DNA of 57,530 bases, counting the filler, from Sphacelaria rigidula (lineage: Eukaryota): NCBI GenBank assembly GCA_964200075.2. It is 8 parts of 8 records of this genome, joined end to end, with 100 filler letters (N's around TTAATTAATTAA, not from the genome) between each part and the next. Parts side by side here need not be neighbours in the genome. Positions count along the whole stretch, not along the records: positions 1 to 7,105 come from CAXNAA020016463.1; positions 7,206 to 14,309 come from CAXNAA020016464.1; 6 more parts are not named here. One strand, 5' to 3'. The position numbers and the translations under genes are program-made. The notes beneath the pieces are model-generated. The model had not been told where the DNA came from, made no database searches, and saw only the letters and a list, made by a program, of their open reading frames with translations. Below, one piece after another: positions 1 through 11,935 of this stretch. How positions within the stretch are numbered: position 1 is the stretch's first letter; each line of letters starts with the position of its first letter.

Positions 1-96
1 CTTAAACAGCGAAATTAGTCTTTCTGGATCATGCATACTTTTTTTCACTTGAAATTGATGCCGATTCAACAGAAGACTAACCTCGCGGTCGAAGGG
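1..96. mobile_element. piggyBac-like MITE (left end at scaffold edge)
   Basis: Ends ...CGCGGTCGAAGGG|TTAA. Reverse-complement homolog of the 29670-29767 copy, with the shared core TTCACTTGAAATTGATGCCGATTCA. Confidence 0.7.
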
Positions 97-333
97 TTAA
101 ACACTCCTATCGTAGTGGGCGCCTGCACTTTCGTTTGTTAGATGAGCTTTCCCTCGTGACTACTCTTCGATATCACTCGAAAGCGCTAGCGTCGGTAGAT
201 TTTGATATAATGAATATATCTTTCCCCCCCGGAGCCCAAGTTAGTGTTAGTTGGTTTCAGCGGGCGATACGAGTAGATACCCCGTTTATCAGAAGGATGT
301 TATTGACCGTGAGCGCAGAGTTTCGACTCTAGA

Positions 334-869
334 CAACGTTTTCGTGGAATTGAGAGTAGAGCGCTGATTGAGAGTTGATTTCATCAATCGCTTTAACTTA
401 GCCAACTATTCATTCCGTGCGTGAGTTTCTTTGCCTCTATGACTGGCGTGTGCTTATAGCTACATGTCGATACCCTGAGTATCACGGGCCTCAGTGCCAA
501 GATACAGAAAGCATATTGGGCCTCGTGGCGGGGCATTCGACACTTTCTACGATAGCCCCCACCCAAAACCAGCTAAAAGTGTCACGAAAGAAATGGTCGT
601 ACAGCACCTGATGTTCGGGTTCAGGCTGCATGAAGCGCCTCATATCGGCGACATCGGCTTGAACAAACCCAAGCGGGGGAATTCCCAGCTTCTCGTTGTG
701 GTCGGCTTTTCCCATTTCGATTTACGTAAAAAGTTTGCCTCTCACAACCATGCACTTTGGGGGGGGCTATCGTAGAAAGTGTCATTCCGGAACTAAAACG
801 AGTCATTCACTATTTGGCCGATTTTCACTCTCAATCGCATCCTCTACTCTCAATCTTACGAAAGCATTG
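334..869. mobile_element. Non-autonomous TIR element (possibly hAT-like) hosting a nested MITE
   Basis: Imperfect TIRs CAACGTTTTCGTGGAATTGAGAGTAGA / TCTACTCTCAATCTTACGAAAGCATTG. Flanks ACTCTAGA / ATTCTAGT match 6/8. Related termini at 8648-9176 and about 28955-29000. Confidence 0.55.
539..783. mobile_element. MITE with GACAC termini and 4-bp TSD (ATTC)
   Basis: TIR GACACTTTCTACGATAGCCCCC ... GGGGGCTATCGTAGAAAGTGTC, with ATTC on both sides. Diverged copies at about 6730-6920 and 9194-9420. Confidence 0.85.
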
Positions 870-944
870 ATTCTAGTGCAATGAGTAGGTAGATTAAAAA
901 AAAAAACACCTGTACAATTCTTGACAACGATCAGGACTCCCGAT

Positions 945-1156
945 TGTAATGCGCGAGAGGACTGCGTGCTAAGAGGACCGCATGGTGGTCCAAAACACCT
1001 CAGAATCGACTTTTTTTCAAAATCAATTGGGCCAGTCCCTGCAGGGACCACGCCCCTGACCCCAACCCCAACACTAACCATAACCCTAACCCTAATCATA
1101 GGGATGTTCAATTGCCGATGCGATCCTCTAAGCCCGCGGTCCTCTCACGCATTACA
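945..1156. mobile_element. TGT...ACA MITE with 4-bp TSD (Ginger-like)
   Basis: TIRs of about 40 bp, TGTAATGCGCGAGAGGAC... / ...GTCCTCTCACGCATTACA. TSD CGAT at 941-944 and 1157-1160. Internal CCCTAA-like repeats. Confidence 0.85.
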
Positions 1157-1349
1157 CGATGAACGCGGTCAGCCCGTAAGTCACTCACTATTGAGTACAG
1201 GCGTTTTTTTCCCCGTGGAATGTGGAGCGGACTCCAGTATCTCAACCTTCAGATTCCTAATGTGATGGAGCGGTGGCAAGTGAAAGAGCTTGACAGAATC
1301 GCCAGTTACGAAGAGATAACAAAATGAAGAATTCAGGCGCCCAGTGCTG

Positions 1350-1550
1350 TACGGTTAGGTTTAGGGTTAGTATTGGGGTTGGGGTAAGGGGCGTGGTCCC
1401 TGCAGGGACTGGCCGGATTAGGTTAAAAAAAAGTCGACCATGAGGTGTTTGAAGTACAACGCGGTCGGCTGGGCAGGCAGTCCTCTGATGACCCCTGCCC
1501 TAACACCAACCCTAACCCTAACTCTACCCATAGGGATGTTCAACTTCCGA
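1350..1550. repeat. Partial or rearranged copies of the TGT...ACA MITE
   Basis: Contains GGGGCGTGGTCCCTGCAGGGACTGGCC and ACCCTAACCCTAAC..TAGGGATGTTCAA, both shared with 945-1156. Confidence 0.65.
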
Positions 1551-2006
1551 CGCGGTTTCAAATTTCACGAACCACAGTATTCGAAGAAACACAAACTTGT
1601 TACTTCGCCGAGATTTGCTGGTTCATGATCAGTTTCATAGGGGTTGCAAATGAGTTGTAAAAAATACAGGCCCAGGCATACATCGTTGAACCAACCCTGT
1701 TCATCTGGTTTCACAAGCAGCTCATTGCATCAAAGTTCACTGATCACGTCTCTTAAAAAAACACGCAAGCTTTTCAGCTTGCCGAGGCTTGCTGCTTCAT
1801 GATGCACGTCATGGCATTGATATTAATACTGCGTTTTCATAATACCAGAAATCTACCATTCAACAGCCTGGCTTCGTTATTGAGGTTCAACATTTTAATG
1901 AGTTTCGACTCGAAAACAGTGCTTTCCCTGACCTGAAGTCATGACCAATGAATTTCACATGGACAACCTCATGCCCCCCGACCTTCTTAAAACTACTGCC
2001 GGGGTT

Positions 2007-4634
2007 TGTTCGTAGGATGGCCTGGGATAGTCAGTAAGATACACCTTGTCAGGATAAGGTACAACAGTCTAGTGTGATATACTTGTTTGAGTTCCGGGTA
2101 GTACGCGAGATGATTTTATATTGTAATGTTCGTGACTGGACATACGTGAGTGGTGCTCGTCGCATGTTGAGACCTTGACCCCAACTGCGGTCACTCTCCT
2201 TCCTTCCCTCTTCATCAACAAATCTTTATATACATGTCTACCTCATCTTGATTGGCAGTCAGTCGTGTCCATTGGTCGACTATCGCAGTCGTGTCCATTG
2301 ATCGACTATCTGAGTCGAGTCTGCACCCCATCCCCTCACGGGGTCACGAAGCTACAAACACGCTAGAGCCCCTACCCAGCTTGGGAGCTTTGTGGCCAAG
2401 GGACTGATGGCGGACTGGAGCACCGCGGAAAGACACTTGATCGTCATGGAAGACACATCGTCTCCAACGGAGATGCTGGAGGTGAAAGAGAATGTCGCCA
2501 GCTTGCAAGGATCGGTGACGGGAACTACCGAGCAGCTGGCGGAGCTGAGGATGATGATGTCCCAATTAGTGCGCGGGACATCGTCCACTGGCCTTGGAGC
2601 GGCAGTGGGCGGGGAGGGGGAGGCAGATGACTGGAGGCACACCGTCGCCGGTGCCGGAACAGGGAGGGTTCGTTCCCCACGCGGTGTAGGGATTGTATCA
2701 GGCCCTCTCCGAGGATCCATGGGCGATGGATCCGCCCAAGTAAGTACAAGCAAGGAGTCCCCGGCTTACTACCCTCATCTAGGCGTGAAGAGTTGTTTTC
2801 GTGTTGATGAAAGATTCGATGAGAAGTTTGACGGTAAGGAGAAAAATTGGCCGTTGTTCCGTGATGATGATTCCCTGACACAAGTTAGTTCCGCAGTTTT
2901 CATAAGCGCTTCACGTGACAGACGGGAAATATTTTCGTATGACACAGGAAACTGGCCAGGACCCCCGTGAAGTGGTAAGGGAACTCGAAAGAGGGATTTG
3001 AAAGTATACAAGGGACGTCGAGAAAAACGGGGGATTCGAAACCTGATGGGCGTGAAAAATGGTTCTGTAAAGGAGAGGCGATGTTGGATTTGCCGAAAGC
3101 AAACAACACACTTCGCGCGTGACTGTCCGGAACGACATTGTATGAGATGCGGAAAAAGGGACACTCGTTTCAGGATTGTAATACAGGAGGAGAAGATGAA
3201 GATACAGCGATGGCAGTAGGGTCGTCGAGGAGTAGCGATTCTTCAGTATGTTTAGAAGCGGACGCAGAAGCCTTTTGAAAATGATGGCATGAAACCTACG
3301 CATGACTCAAATACCCCTTTGATATTGTTATGTTTTGAGTGTTCGTGGCCATCATGCAGATAGCGATTCATGTACCCAAGGAAAGGTTGTTGCCCAGGTG
3401 GAGCATGACATGACGGATGGTTTTGGAGGGCGGTGACCGACCAGGATCAAGATCAGCCCCTCGCTGCAAGTCTCCCCGCTACGGGGGAAATATGACGAAT
3501 GCAGCACTCCTTCCCGGTGGCCTAGCAGTGGGGGGGGGAAGACTTCAATAGCAAGAATTGGGGGGGGCTGATGCTGATCGTGCGTTTTGTCTGGTGGCGT
3601 TGAGCTGCGTTTCTCCGCCGATCGCCGAGGGGGAATAAGGGGTAAAGTAGATGTAGTGAGTGTCTAGTTTGGTTTGATGACGCAGGCACTACTGTAGCAT
3701 GGATTACTGAATTTGAAATTTTGAAATTTGATTCTTGTACTGTAGGCAGCTGGCTAACTGCGACGTTGATTTTGCAACATGTGATCCGAGTTTCGGAAGT
3801 TGTCCACTGCACTGTGATGTGTGGGTTCATATATCTTACCTAGGAGCTTGGTCTCGCGTGCGTGGTGCATGTTACTCGAATGCTAAGTACGACCACCCAC
3901 GCTATTGTAAGGAGCATGGGCTAGTACAGTTGAAGAATTTGACTTGTGTTTCGCATGGATTGACCATCAGGAGCTACAGTGTGGTGAACACACAGCTCAT
4001 ACATCCCTGTTTTTTTGTCTTGGTGTGAACATAAAGATACCGATGTATTCTATTCTTAGCTGGTCCCATAGTCGTTGAAAGAAGTGACGAGTTGCGGGAT
4101 TTTCGGTGATTTTACGGTCGCTGATGAAATTCATTTCTTGAGAGGATACACGTGTTGAAAGCGCCGTGAGCGGAAGAGTTTTGTTTCGGTGGGTAGCTCT
4201 GTTCACTGAGCATGGTCCTTGAACCTCACTTTTGACACCCAGTCGATGGGGGGGTGTTCGTAGGATGGCCTGGGATAGTCAGTAAGATACACCTTGTCAG
4301 GATAAGGTACAACAGTCTAGTGTGATATACTTGTTTGAGTTCCGGGTAGTACGCGGGATGATTTTATATTGTAATGTTCGTGACTGGACATACGTGAGTG
4401 GTGCTCGTCGCATGTTGAGACCTTGACCCCAACTGCGGTCACTCTCCTTCCTTCCCTCTTCATCAACAAATCTTTATATACACGTCTACCTCATCTTGAT
4501 TGGCAGTCAGCCGTGTCCATTGATCGACGATCGCAGTCGTGTCCATTGATCGACGATCGCAGTCGTGTCCATTGATCGACTATCTGAGTCGAGTCTGCAC
4601 CCCATCTCCTTACGGGATCACGAAGCTACCAACA
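2007..4634 (+). mobile_element. Non-autonomous LTR retroelement (gag remnant only)
   Basis: LTRs 2007-2360 and 4255-4634 (TGTT...AACA) are near-identical. Perfect 5-bp TSD GGGTT at 2002-2006 and 4635-4639. G-rich polypurine tract just before the 3' LTR. No RT or integrase motifs seen. Confidence 0.95.
2392..3290 (+). pseudogene. gag: Degenerate gag with two zinc knuckles
   Basis: A 192-aa ORF with a coiled-coil-like N-terminus is followed by CWICRKQTTHFARDC. Restoring one G gives CMRCGKRGHSFQDC (CX2CX4HX4C). Confidence 0.75.
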
Positions 4635-5586
4635 GGGTTGCCCGTCTTTCGTGCCCCCAAAGCGTATGTGCGAAAGCACCTTTTCGCCTCGATATCGGGG
4701 CGAAAANNNNNNNNNNGGGGCACAGAGGACGGGCAACCCCCGAAATAGTTTCAAGAGGTCGGGGGGCATGAGGTTGTCCATGTGAAATTCATTGGTCATG
4801 ACTTCAGGTCAGGGAAAGCACTGTTTTCGAGTTGTAACTCATTAAAGTGTTGAACCTCAATAACGAATCCAGGCTGTTATTCAACGAACCTCATTACTTA
4901 GCTGGTTTCAGCACAAGCTCATTGCACCCTCTGGAAATGCCGTGATAGCCCTCTCCCCGAAATATTCAACTTACATCGACTCAAACACTACAAGCCATCG
5001 GTTTTCAAAACAATACGAGCTTGTTCGTTTCGCCAGGATTCTCTGGTTCGTCGCCCACCTCATACCGTTGGTGGGGTTTTTCCGAAATCCCACAAATTTG
5101 TCGTTGAGCCAACCTCAGCTTGTGTTAGAGCCACCAGCTCATTGCACACCGGCGTAGTCGTGCTGAAAATTTACCCCAACTGCAACGCGTGAGAGAAGCG
5201 CGTGCTTAAGGGAGTGCATCGGAATCTGAGCATCTCTAGAGTTAGAGTCAGGTTAATGTTGGGGTAAAGGTTTTTCCATGGTCTATGTCGAAGGATACAC
5301 AGTCACTGTGTTGAATATTTTGGAGTATTTGAGAGCGCCTTGACAGAGTCGAACCTCGGTACGAGGGATTAGACGAAGAGTAAGGGCCCTTCCTCCAACC
5401 GCTCTGCTCCATCTAGATAACCCATGGACGTCGATCAAGGCAGATACACGTCATGCCAAGAAACGCCCCCTACAAAACCCATGCCCCTCGAAGCAGCGTG
5501 GGTAGCTTAACCCAACATGCGTAAAAAAGCATTACAAAGACCTGAAAATTCCCGGAGCTAGCACAAGGGTGCACACAAAAATATAT

Positions 5587-6400
5587 CTACTTATCACCTT
5601 CCAAATTCATCACAACCCGTCTGTGCCTCGCAAGCAAGTTGAACGACAGAGGCGTTGTCAAAATATCGACATACTGCCATGCTAAATCTACATGCAAGAC
5701 CTTGACCTTTCCCGTCCCCACCAGCTCTCGAATGAAGTGATACCCTACATCGATGTGCTTACTCCTTCCAGAACTGAGAGGGTTTTCAGCCAGAGTCTTG
5801 GCTCCCTGTCGTTGTTCTCGTACAAGACAATACCGCGGTCCTCCCCACATCCCGACACAGCTTGAGGTCGCAAAAACGTCAACATTATTACCTTCACAAA
5901 CAGTGCCCCATTTGACCCCTCCGCCATTGCGACATACTTCGCCTCTGTGGTTGATAGAGTCATACAGTGTTGTTGTGTGCGACTCGTTGCCGACACCACC
6001 ATTCATCACAACTACCCTCGGAGCTAAACGCCTATATGTTTCCTTCTTAGCGTAGTCTGCGTCACAGTAAACTCAAAGCCTGTCGTGATCTCTCTTAAAC
6101 GTACGTCCATATTACTCCTTTGCTCTACAAAAATACCCCAAAACCTTTACTACTGTTTCCCAGTGCCTCTCGCACGGGTCATGTGACTGGCGAGCGAGGG
6201 CTTGCACTGCATTTTCTACGTCTAGTCGATTGGTGTTGCCAGCCACATTAGCCCCCCCCCACTGCGTTATGATATGGACGACATACCACTATGTCTTCGC
6301 CCGTTGTCGGCCCTAACTCAACAGAAACAGAGACAGGGAATTCTGAGAATCCCCTCACCTCCGAACGCTTCAGGGGCGTTTCCGTTAACAACGTAATTTG
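5587..6400 (-). pseudogene. Ty1/Copia RT-RNase H remnant
   Basis: Frameshifted motifs: PYHNAVGG(LMWLA), ALARQSHDPCERHW, VYCDADYA, TLSTTEAKYVAMAEG, LAENPLSSGRSKHIDVGYHFIRELV, VDILTTPL. Confidence 0.92.
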
Positions 6401-7105
6401 CATCACCGATGGATTCCTGCCGAGATGACCCCCCCACAAACCGGCCACAAAAGTGTGCAGAGGGGGTGAAAATATAGACCGTTCGAGCGGGTTTCGCGAG
6501 GACGAACCGACCCTTTCGGGTGTAATAACTGAATCAGGGCTAGTGCACTCTTCTCACGTGGGCGAAACTGCTGCAAAGGAACAGCCCAATATTGGAACCG
6601 CAGCCTCGTTCCAATCCCTCACACCTGGAAGTTTTTGTGCGAGGTTCAAAACATCCGTCATCCAGCAAGGAGCATGTTACAGTCCTGATGCCGAGATTGC
6701 CCCTTCACAAGAAATGGCTGATTTTGGGACGCCAAATCTACACGTAAATCGATACGAGAAAAGCCAGGCATAACGAGCAGCTTCGAATATCAAGGATTGG
6801 GGGGGGTTCGCCGTAGTCGTCCCAATGACTTGCTTCATACAACCTGAAACCAAATATCAGGCGCTGTACGGCCACTTCCTTCGTGGGGGGTTCGGGCTGG
6901 TTCTTTGGGGGGGGCTACCTCAGCCTGCCTATGAAGAAGATGAAGCGTCGACGACAAACTACGCCACGAACCGGACGCCGACGCGAACAGCGCCGAAGTT
7001 GTCATGATCAAATAACAGCCGATTTTATATTTTAACAGCCGATCATCTATGTTGAGGATGGTGCTTTTCATTGAGGATGAGGACCCGGAGGATTAAAATC
7101 TTCGT

Positions 7106-7205
7106 NNNNNNNNNNNNNNNNNNNNNNNNNNNNNNNNNNNNNNNNNNNNTTAATTAATTAANNNNNNNNNNNNNNNNNNNNNNNNNNNNNNNNNNNNNNN
7201 NNNNN
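7106..7205. other. Artificial scaffold linker N44-TTAATTAATTAA-N44
   Basis: Identical 100-bp linkers at 14310-14409, 21514-21613, 28718-28817, 35922-36021, 43125-43224 and 50328-50427. Segment lengths are 7105, 7104, 7104, 7104, 7104, 7103, 7103, 7103. Confidence 0.98.
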
Positions 7206-7379
7206 ACTAAGCCAAGCAACAAAAGAGTACGCCCCCCACCCCCACCCCTCCCCAGGGGTCCAGCCTTGGTGTCATGATAGACGAACCCAAAAAAAACGAT
7301 ACTGAAACACGCTCTGAAAACAAAAAAAGAACAGAACAAAACAAAAAGGCGAACAGAACGACATAGCAGACTAAGTCAT

Positions 7380-8400
7380 AACGAATAAAAAAAGGTCAAC
7401 ACAAGCAAAGCACAGGAAAAAATCGACGACCAAAAATAAGAAAAAGGAAAAAAAGAGGAAAGTAAAGAGGAAATAAAATAAAATACAATAGAACGATGAA
7501 AAAAGAGGAAAGGGCCCAAGGGATGCAGGGCAGCAGAGTAGATACAGATACACACCAGTGGGCACCGCAGAGCCACACACTAAGGAAATAATCAACAATC
7601 GATATGAGCAGACATGATTCTCCGATTGGCAGCCCTCGACGTAGCAGCCTCTCGCTTGTGACGGCGGTCTGATTCTTGCTTGTCCGCGCGTCGCCACGTG
7701 TCCTCAACCTCTTCCGCTCCCTTTTCGACTCCAATATGCCACTTGCCCATGTTCTTCGCCGCAGTGACCCAATCGTATGCATCGTTAACCTCTACACCGT
7801 AGACGAACCACTTCCGTCGGGCTCCTTTGTGCGGGACAGCCCCTGGCGCACGTACGTTCTCCTTTAGGGTATCCTCCCATTGCTTGGGGGGGCGACCGAC
7901 CTCCTTGGGTCCTCGTTTGGAAAGCCGACCGTTCATGACACGCTTGGGAAGGCAAGTGTCCTTCTGCCAGACGAGGGCTCCCGCGAACCAGAGTTGACGT
8001 TTGCGGACTGTCGTCTCGATGCGTTCGCAGTTGGTCATCTCGAGCATCGCTCTGTACGAAAGAATCTTGTAGCCGATTGTTCCTGCCGAATCCAACCACT
8101 CGCAGCAAGGGCTTGTGATGGGCAGTGCGCAGACTGTCGAAGTCCTCAGAGAGTAGCGTCCATGTGGCACACCCATACAACAGAGCTTCTACCACCTCCG
8201 CTTTAAGTAGTCGAACTTTCAAGGATAGCTCGGCGTTGGGTCGGTCGTAAAGTTGGGAGCTATATTTTTGGATACGCGCCCACGCCGCGCTGATGCGATG
8301 GTTGATTCCGATGGACATTTTCGCATCCGCGATGGATATTAATACACATGATAGGTGCCCTTGATGGATGTTAGATCCGCCGATGATGGATATTACGCGA
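7380..8400 (-). mobile_element. RTE-clade LINE, 3' portion (degenerate)
   Basis: LKVRLLKAEVVEALLYGCATWTL, IETTVRKRQLWFAGALV, LPKRVMNGRL and GRPPKQWEDTL are typical of the RTE post-RT region. Frameshifted. Confidence 0.9.
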
Positions 8401-8418
8401 TTATGCAAGCTTTCCCGT

Positions 8419-8645
8419 GGGGGGTGGGAGGGCGGGGTAAAATTTGTTCCTTGCCTTATACATTTGACCATTGGTGAAGCAGACGGAGCACCGTTCCTAC
8501 TCCGAAAAGAGGTACCTCAGACCTTTGGGCGCACATCAGGTTTGCCACATACATTACATGAGAGCCTTTCACTTGTGTTATCCCCTTGCCATTTCGCCAT
8601 CTGTAGCCACCGCCAATCTAGTATAGCAATCGTCTTCTTGCATTT
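8419..8645 (-). mobile_element. 3' fragment of LINE family A
   Basis: GGAGCACCGTTCCTACTCC and the terminus match 13600-13690 and 41760-41860. Ends in a C-rich tract on the minus strand. Confidence 0.75.
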
Positions 8646-8647
8646 AA

Positions 8648-9176
8648 CACTATATTCGTGAGATTCAGAACGTAGTTTCAGATTCATAGTCAGACCGACT
8701 CGAACAGCTCAGCAAAGCGGCACCTCACTATCTTAGCGCCCGAATCAATCGTGCAGAATTGCACAGACGGATGNNNNNNNNNNCCGTCGATTTTGACATC
8801 GTCACAGTTCGAGGAGTAATGCGCCCAACTGGTGAAGCTGTGACTTCAATGGAAGCTGTCACCTACACGATCAATTTGACACATCACTTGATCGCAACGA
8901 CGTAGTCAGTCAGTCCATTGCAACAAAAGATCCCCTCTTTCAGGAAAAACCGATTATTGCCTGAAACAGTTTCAGTTCCGAAATGCTCGCCAGGCGTAAA
9001 AATGCTTTGTGCGGTATCTCACCAACCAGACCGCCGAATTCCTCGAATGGGGTACTGTACGGTAGCTGCATGCACAGGACGTGTGCTCAAGCAAATAAAT
9101 AAATCGTTGCCTGTTAGGAACGCTAGAGCATCCACTCTGAATCTGAAACTACGTTCTGAATCTCACGAATCTACTG
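8648..9176. mobile_element. Non-autonomous TIR element
   Basis: TIRs of about 40 bp, ATTCGTGAGATTCAGAACGTAGTTTCAGATTCA / TGAATCTGAAACTACGTTCTGAATCTCACGAAT. No clear TSD. Confidence 0.75.
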
Positions 9177-9415
9177 TTTTATAATTCAGTGTAGACACTT
9201 CCTACGATAGCCGCCCCAGCAAAAGTGGCTGGTTTGGGGAGACAAGATCTACACGTAGATTGAAACAAAAAAACCGTGCACAACGAGCAGCTGAGAATTC
9301 CAACGCTTGGGTTCGTTTACGCCCACATCGCCCTTCTGCGACGCTTCACGTAGCCTGAAACTAAACATCAAGCGCTCTGTAACCATTTTCTTCGGGACAG
9401 TTTTGGGCTATTTAT

Positions 9416-11935
9416 GGGGGGGAACGTACCCATTTCTTGCTTGCCTCAGTCGTGTGACCATTCACCACGCATCCCTTTCGAGGCGGAGCACCGTTCTTAC
9501 TCCGAATAGAAACACCTCCAATATTCAGGCGCCCATTACGTTTCTTCCAAACATTACACAAAAAACGTTTATACAACTTATCCCCGTCCTGTTTCGCCGC
9601 CTGTGGCCAACATCTATCTCCTAGCATAACCATTGTTTCTTCGCTACTGTCTCATACATCTAACGATTTCATGCCACCTTCGTTCACGTCCCGCATTTCC
9701 CCCTCAAGCACGTCCCGTTTCTCCTTGAATGGTTCACATTTTCTCACCATACGACCTCTGATCTCTACTGTTTTGCCACAGAAGCAATTTTGCGCATCTA
9801 CTTTCTCCCCCTCTCGACGACTGGTGAATATCTTTCTTCCCTTTGGCAGGTCCAGGCCCCCACCCGAAATCGCAGTTTCAGATTTCGCCGCGTCCATTGA
9901 GCCATGCAGATATGCTTTCATCCCTATCCCCTCTCGTAACCCCCCGTATATCTTCAGGTGTTTTTCCTCGTCTACTTTGCGTCTGAGCGCTCCCTTTCCC
10001 CTTATTTCTACCATGTCTCTTACTTTTGTCTTGTACCCGGCGACTTCACCTAAGGACAATATTTCGTCTCGGTTTCCTCCTATCTCCTTCCATGCACCTC
10101 CTCCGCTTCTCTATCCCACCTTATTCCAGCCCGCCCTTTCATCATTTTCTTCCATACAACCCTGTCAACTATAGCCTGTAATCGCTTTCTCTGCATGTTC
10201 GCTAAGCTATACTGCTATCGCAATTTTCTCATCTCCCTGTCAGTTTTATGTGAGTACATTGTCAACTCTGATCCCAACGCTGTTTTACTCACCGTTTTCG
10301 AGCATCCAGGTATCTTCGCAGCTGCTGCTATCTGTACTGTTTCCAACTTCTTCGCCGGCTTCACATTCCCCTCCCATACTTCTCCTGCATATTCCAGCTT
10401 TGGTGCAGTCACGTTCATCGGGATACATTTCATAATCCTAGTGTCTAGGTGCAAGTCTCTGATGATCACGTCCATCCTGCCGATTAGTGCTTTACCCCTT
10501 TCTATTACTTTGTTCATGTATGCATCCCAAGAACAGTTTTGTGACATCTTTACGCCAAGGTATGTATACTGGTCTACGATCGGCGGTTCCTCTTCTCCCC
10601 ACTTCTATCTGAACTTTACCGGGTTTTCTTATCTTCGTTACTGACAAGTACCGCGCATTTGTTAACGTTCGTTGTCACTCTCCATTTCCTCGTGTATTCT
10701 AGCGCGTTGTCTACTTGTTTCTGTAATCCTTCTGTTGTTCCTGAAATCCCCACAAAATCGTCCGCGAACATCAACCCTGATACCAATTCTTTACCCATCT
10801 TGACTCCTTGCTTTGGTGCTTCTATCGTCAATATCAGGTCATTAATGAATACCTTGAACAAAGTGGGTGATAACGTACATCCTTGTGCAACTCCTTGTAA
10901 AATATAAAGACTATTTAGATATTTTCCCGTCTACCGTAGCATCATGACACTGCTGGCACATTCTGTCATCTTCTTCACCATCTCCACCTCTTTCGTCCGA
11001 TCCCAGTTCCCCACAACTTTTTTCACGGCCCATTTCTCCATACTGTGTCGTAAGTCTTTCGCACATCCAGAAAGAAACAGTACGTTGTCAGCCCGGTGTC
11101 TTTCCCACCCTGAATAATCTCACTTAGTGTGTACACATGGTCTACGCAAGTACGGCTTGGTGTTAGCCCTGCTTGCCCCTCGCTGATTTTGTGTTCCTTT
11201 TCAAGCATCTTTCCTCCTCTATCGTTCAGAACCTTACATAATGTTTTCCCTACCGTGCTCAGTAGCGTTATCCCTCTGTAATTTTCTGGGTCAGCCTTGT
11301 CTCCTTTTAAAAAAGGGTTGACGACCACTCCTTGACTCCACCTCTTGGGTGCGTACTCGTTTTCCAGATCCAGTTATACAGCCTGACCAGCATGGTAATC
11401 ATTCCCTCTCCTCCGTACGTCAGAAAATCATCCACCTTTTCGTCTGCCCCTGCTGTCTTTTTGTTCTTGAGTTTAGCTACGCACTCCTTCACTTCATTTA
11501 TGGTGAACTCTCTCTGCAATTCTTTCGAGCCTCTATCCTCCCGTTTTGACGTCTCCACATCTGTATCTGCCCGCGCGCTGATTTATTTTTCGAGTTCCAT
11601 GTCGAACTCTGCGGTCGTTGTTGGTGTCCCTAGTTTACGGTAGTGCTCGACTAGGACTTCTCAAGTTCTGGCCATTTTACTGTTCTGTGCCCGGAGTGTC
11701 GCTACTCCCGTGCCCATCTTTCCTGCCTGGTTTCTCGTTATCTCTTCTATCCCTACCCGCATTCGTTTCATCCCGCCATCAAAATCTTCGCTTGTTTCAT
11801 TCACTACATCTTCCCACATTCCCCTTTTTTTCTGCTGTACCATTTTCTTTACTTGCGTTCGAGCTTTAGTGTACTACTCCCATCTTACCGTAGTTTTACT
11901 CGATATGCATCTCGCGTGGGCCGCTCTCCTTACTC
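9416..11935 (-). mobile_element. LINE family A (possibly RTEX-like), 5'-truncated, degenerate RT
   Basis: YRGITLLSTVGK, QAG...RTCVDHVYTL, FFLDVRKTYDTVWR, QGVAQGCTLSPTLF, LMFADDFVG, PKLEYAGEVWEG, plus a C-terminal Cys-rich motif. Many stops and frameshifts. Confidence 0.93.

Larger units (their letters stand above)
1864..4876. mobile_element. Foldback/long-TIR element interrupted by the LTR element
   Basis: 1864-2006 plus 4640-4657 is the reverse complement of 4717-4876 (arms of about 160 bp). Ends CAG...CTG. Flanks CCATTCAA / TTATTCAA. Confidence 0.8.

Noticed and set aside
5309-5517. TGTTG...CAACA segment as the Copia 3' LTR
   Set aside because: No polypurine tract, no TSD and no second copy in the window.
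7150-7161. Regularly spaced TTAATTAATTAA (about 7.2 kb period) as a biological repeat
   Set aside because: Always embedded in exactly 44 N on each side. It is an artificial linker.
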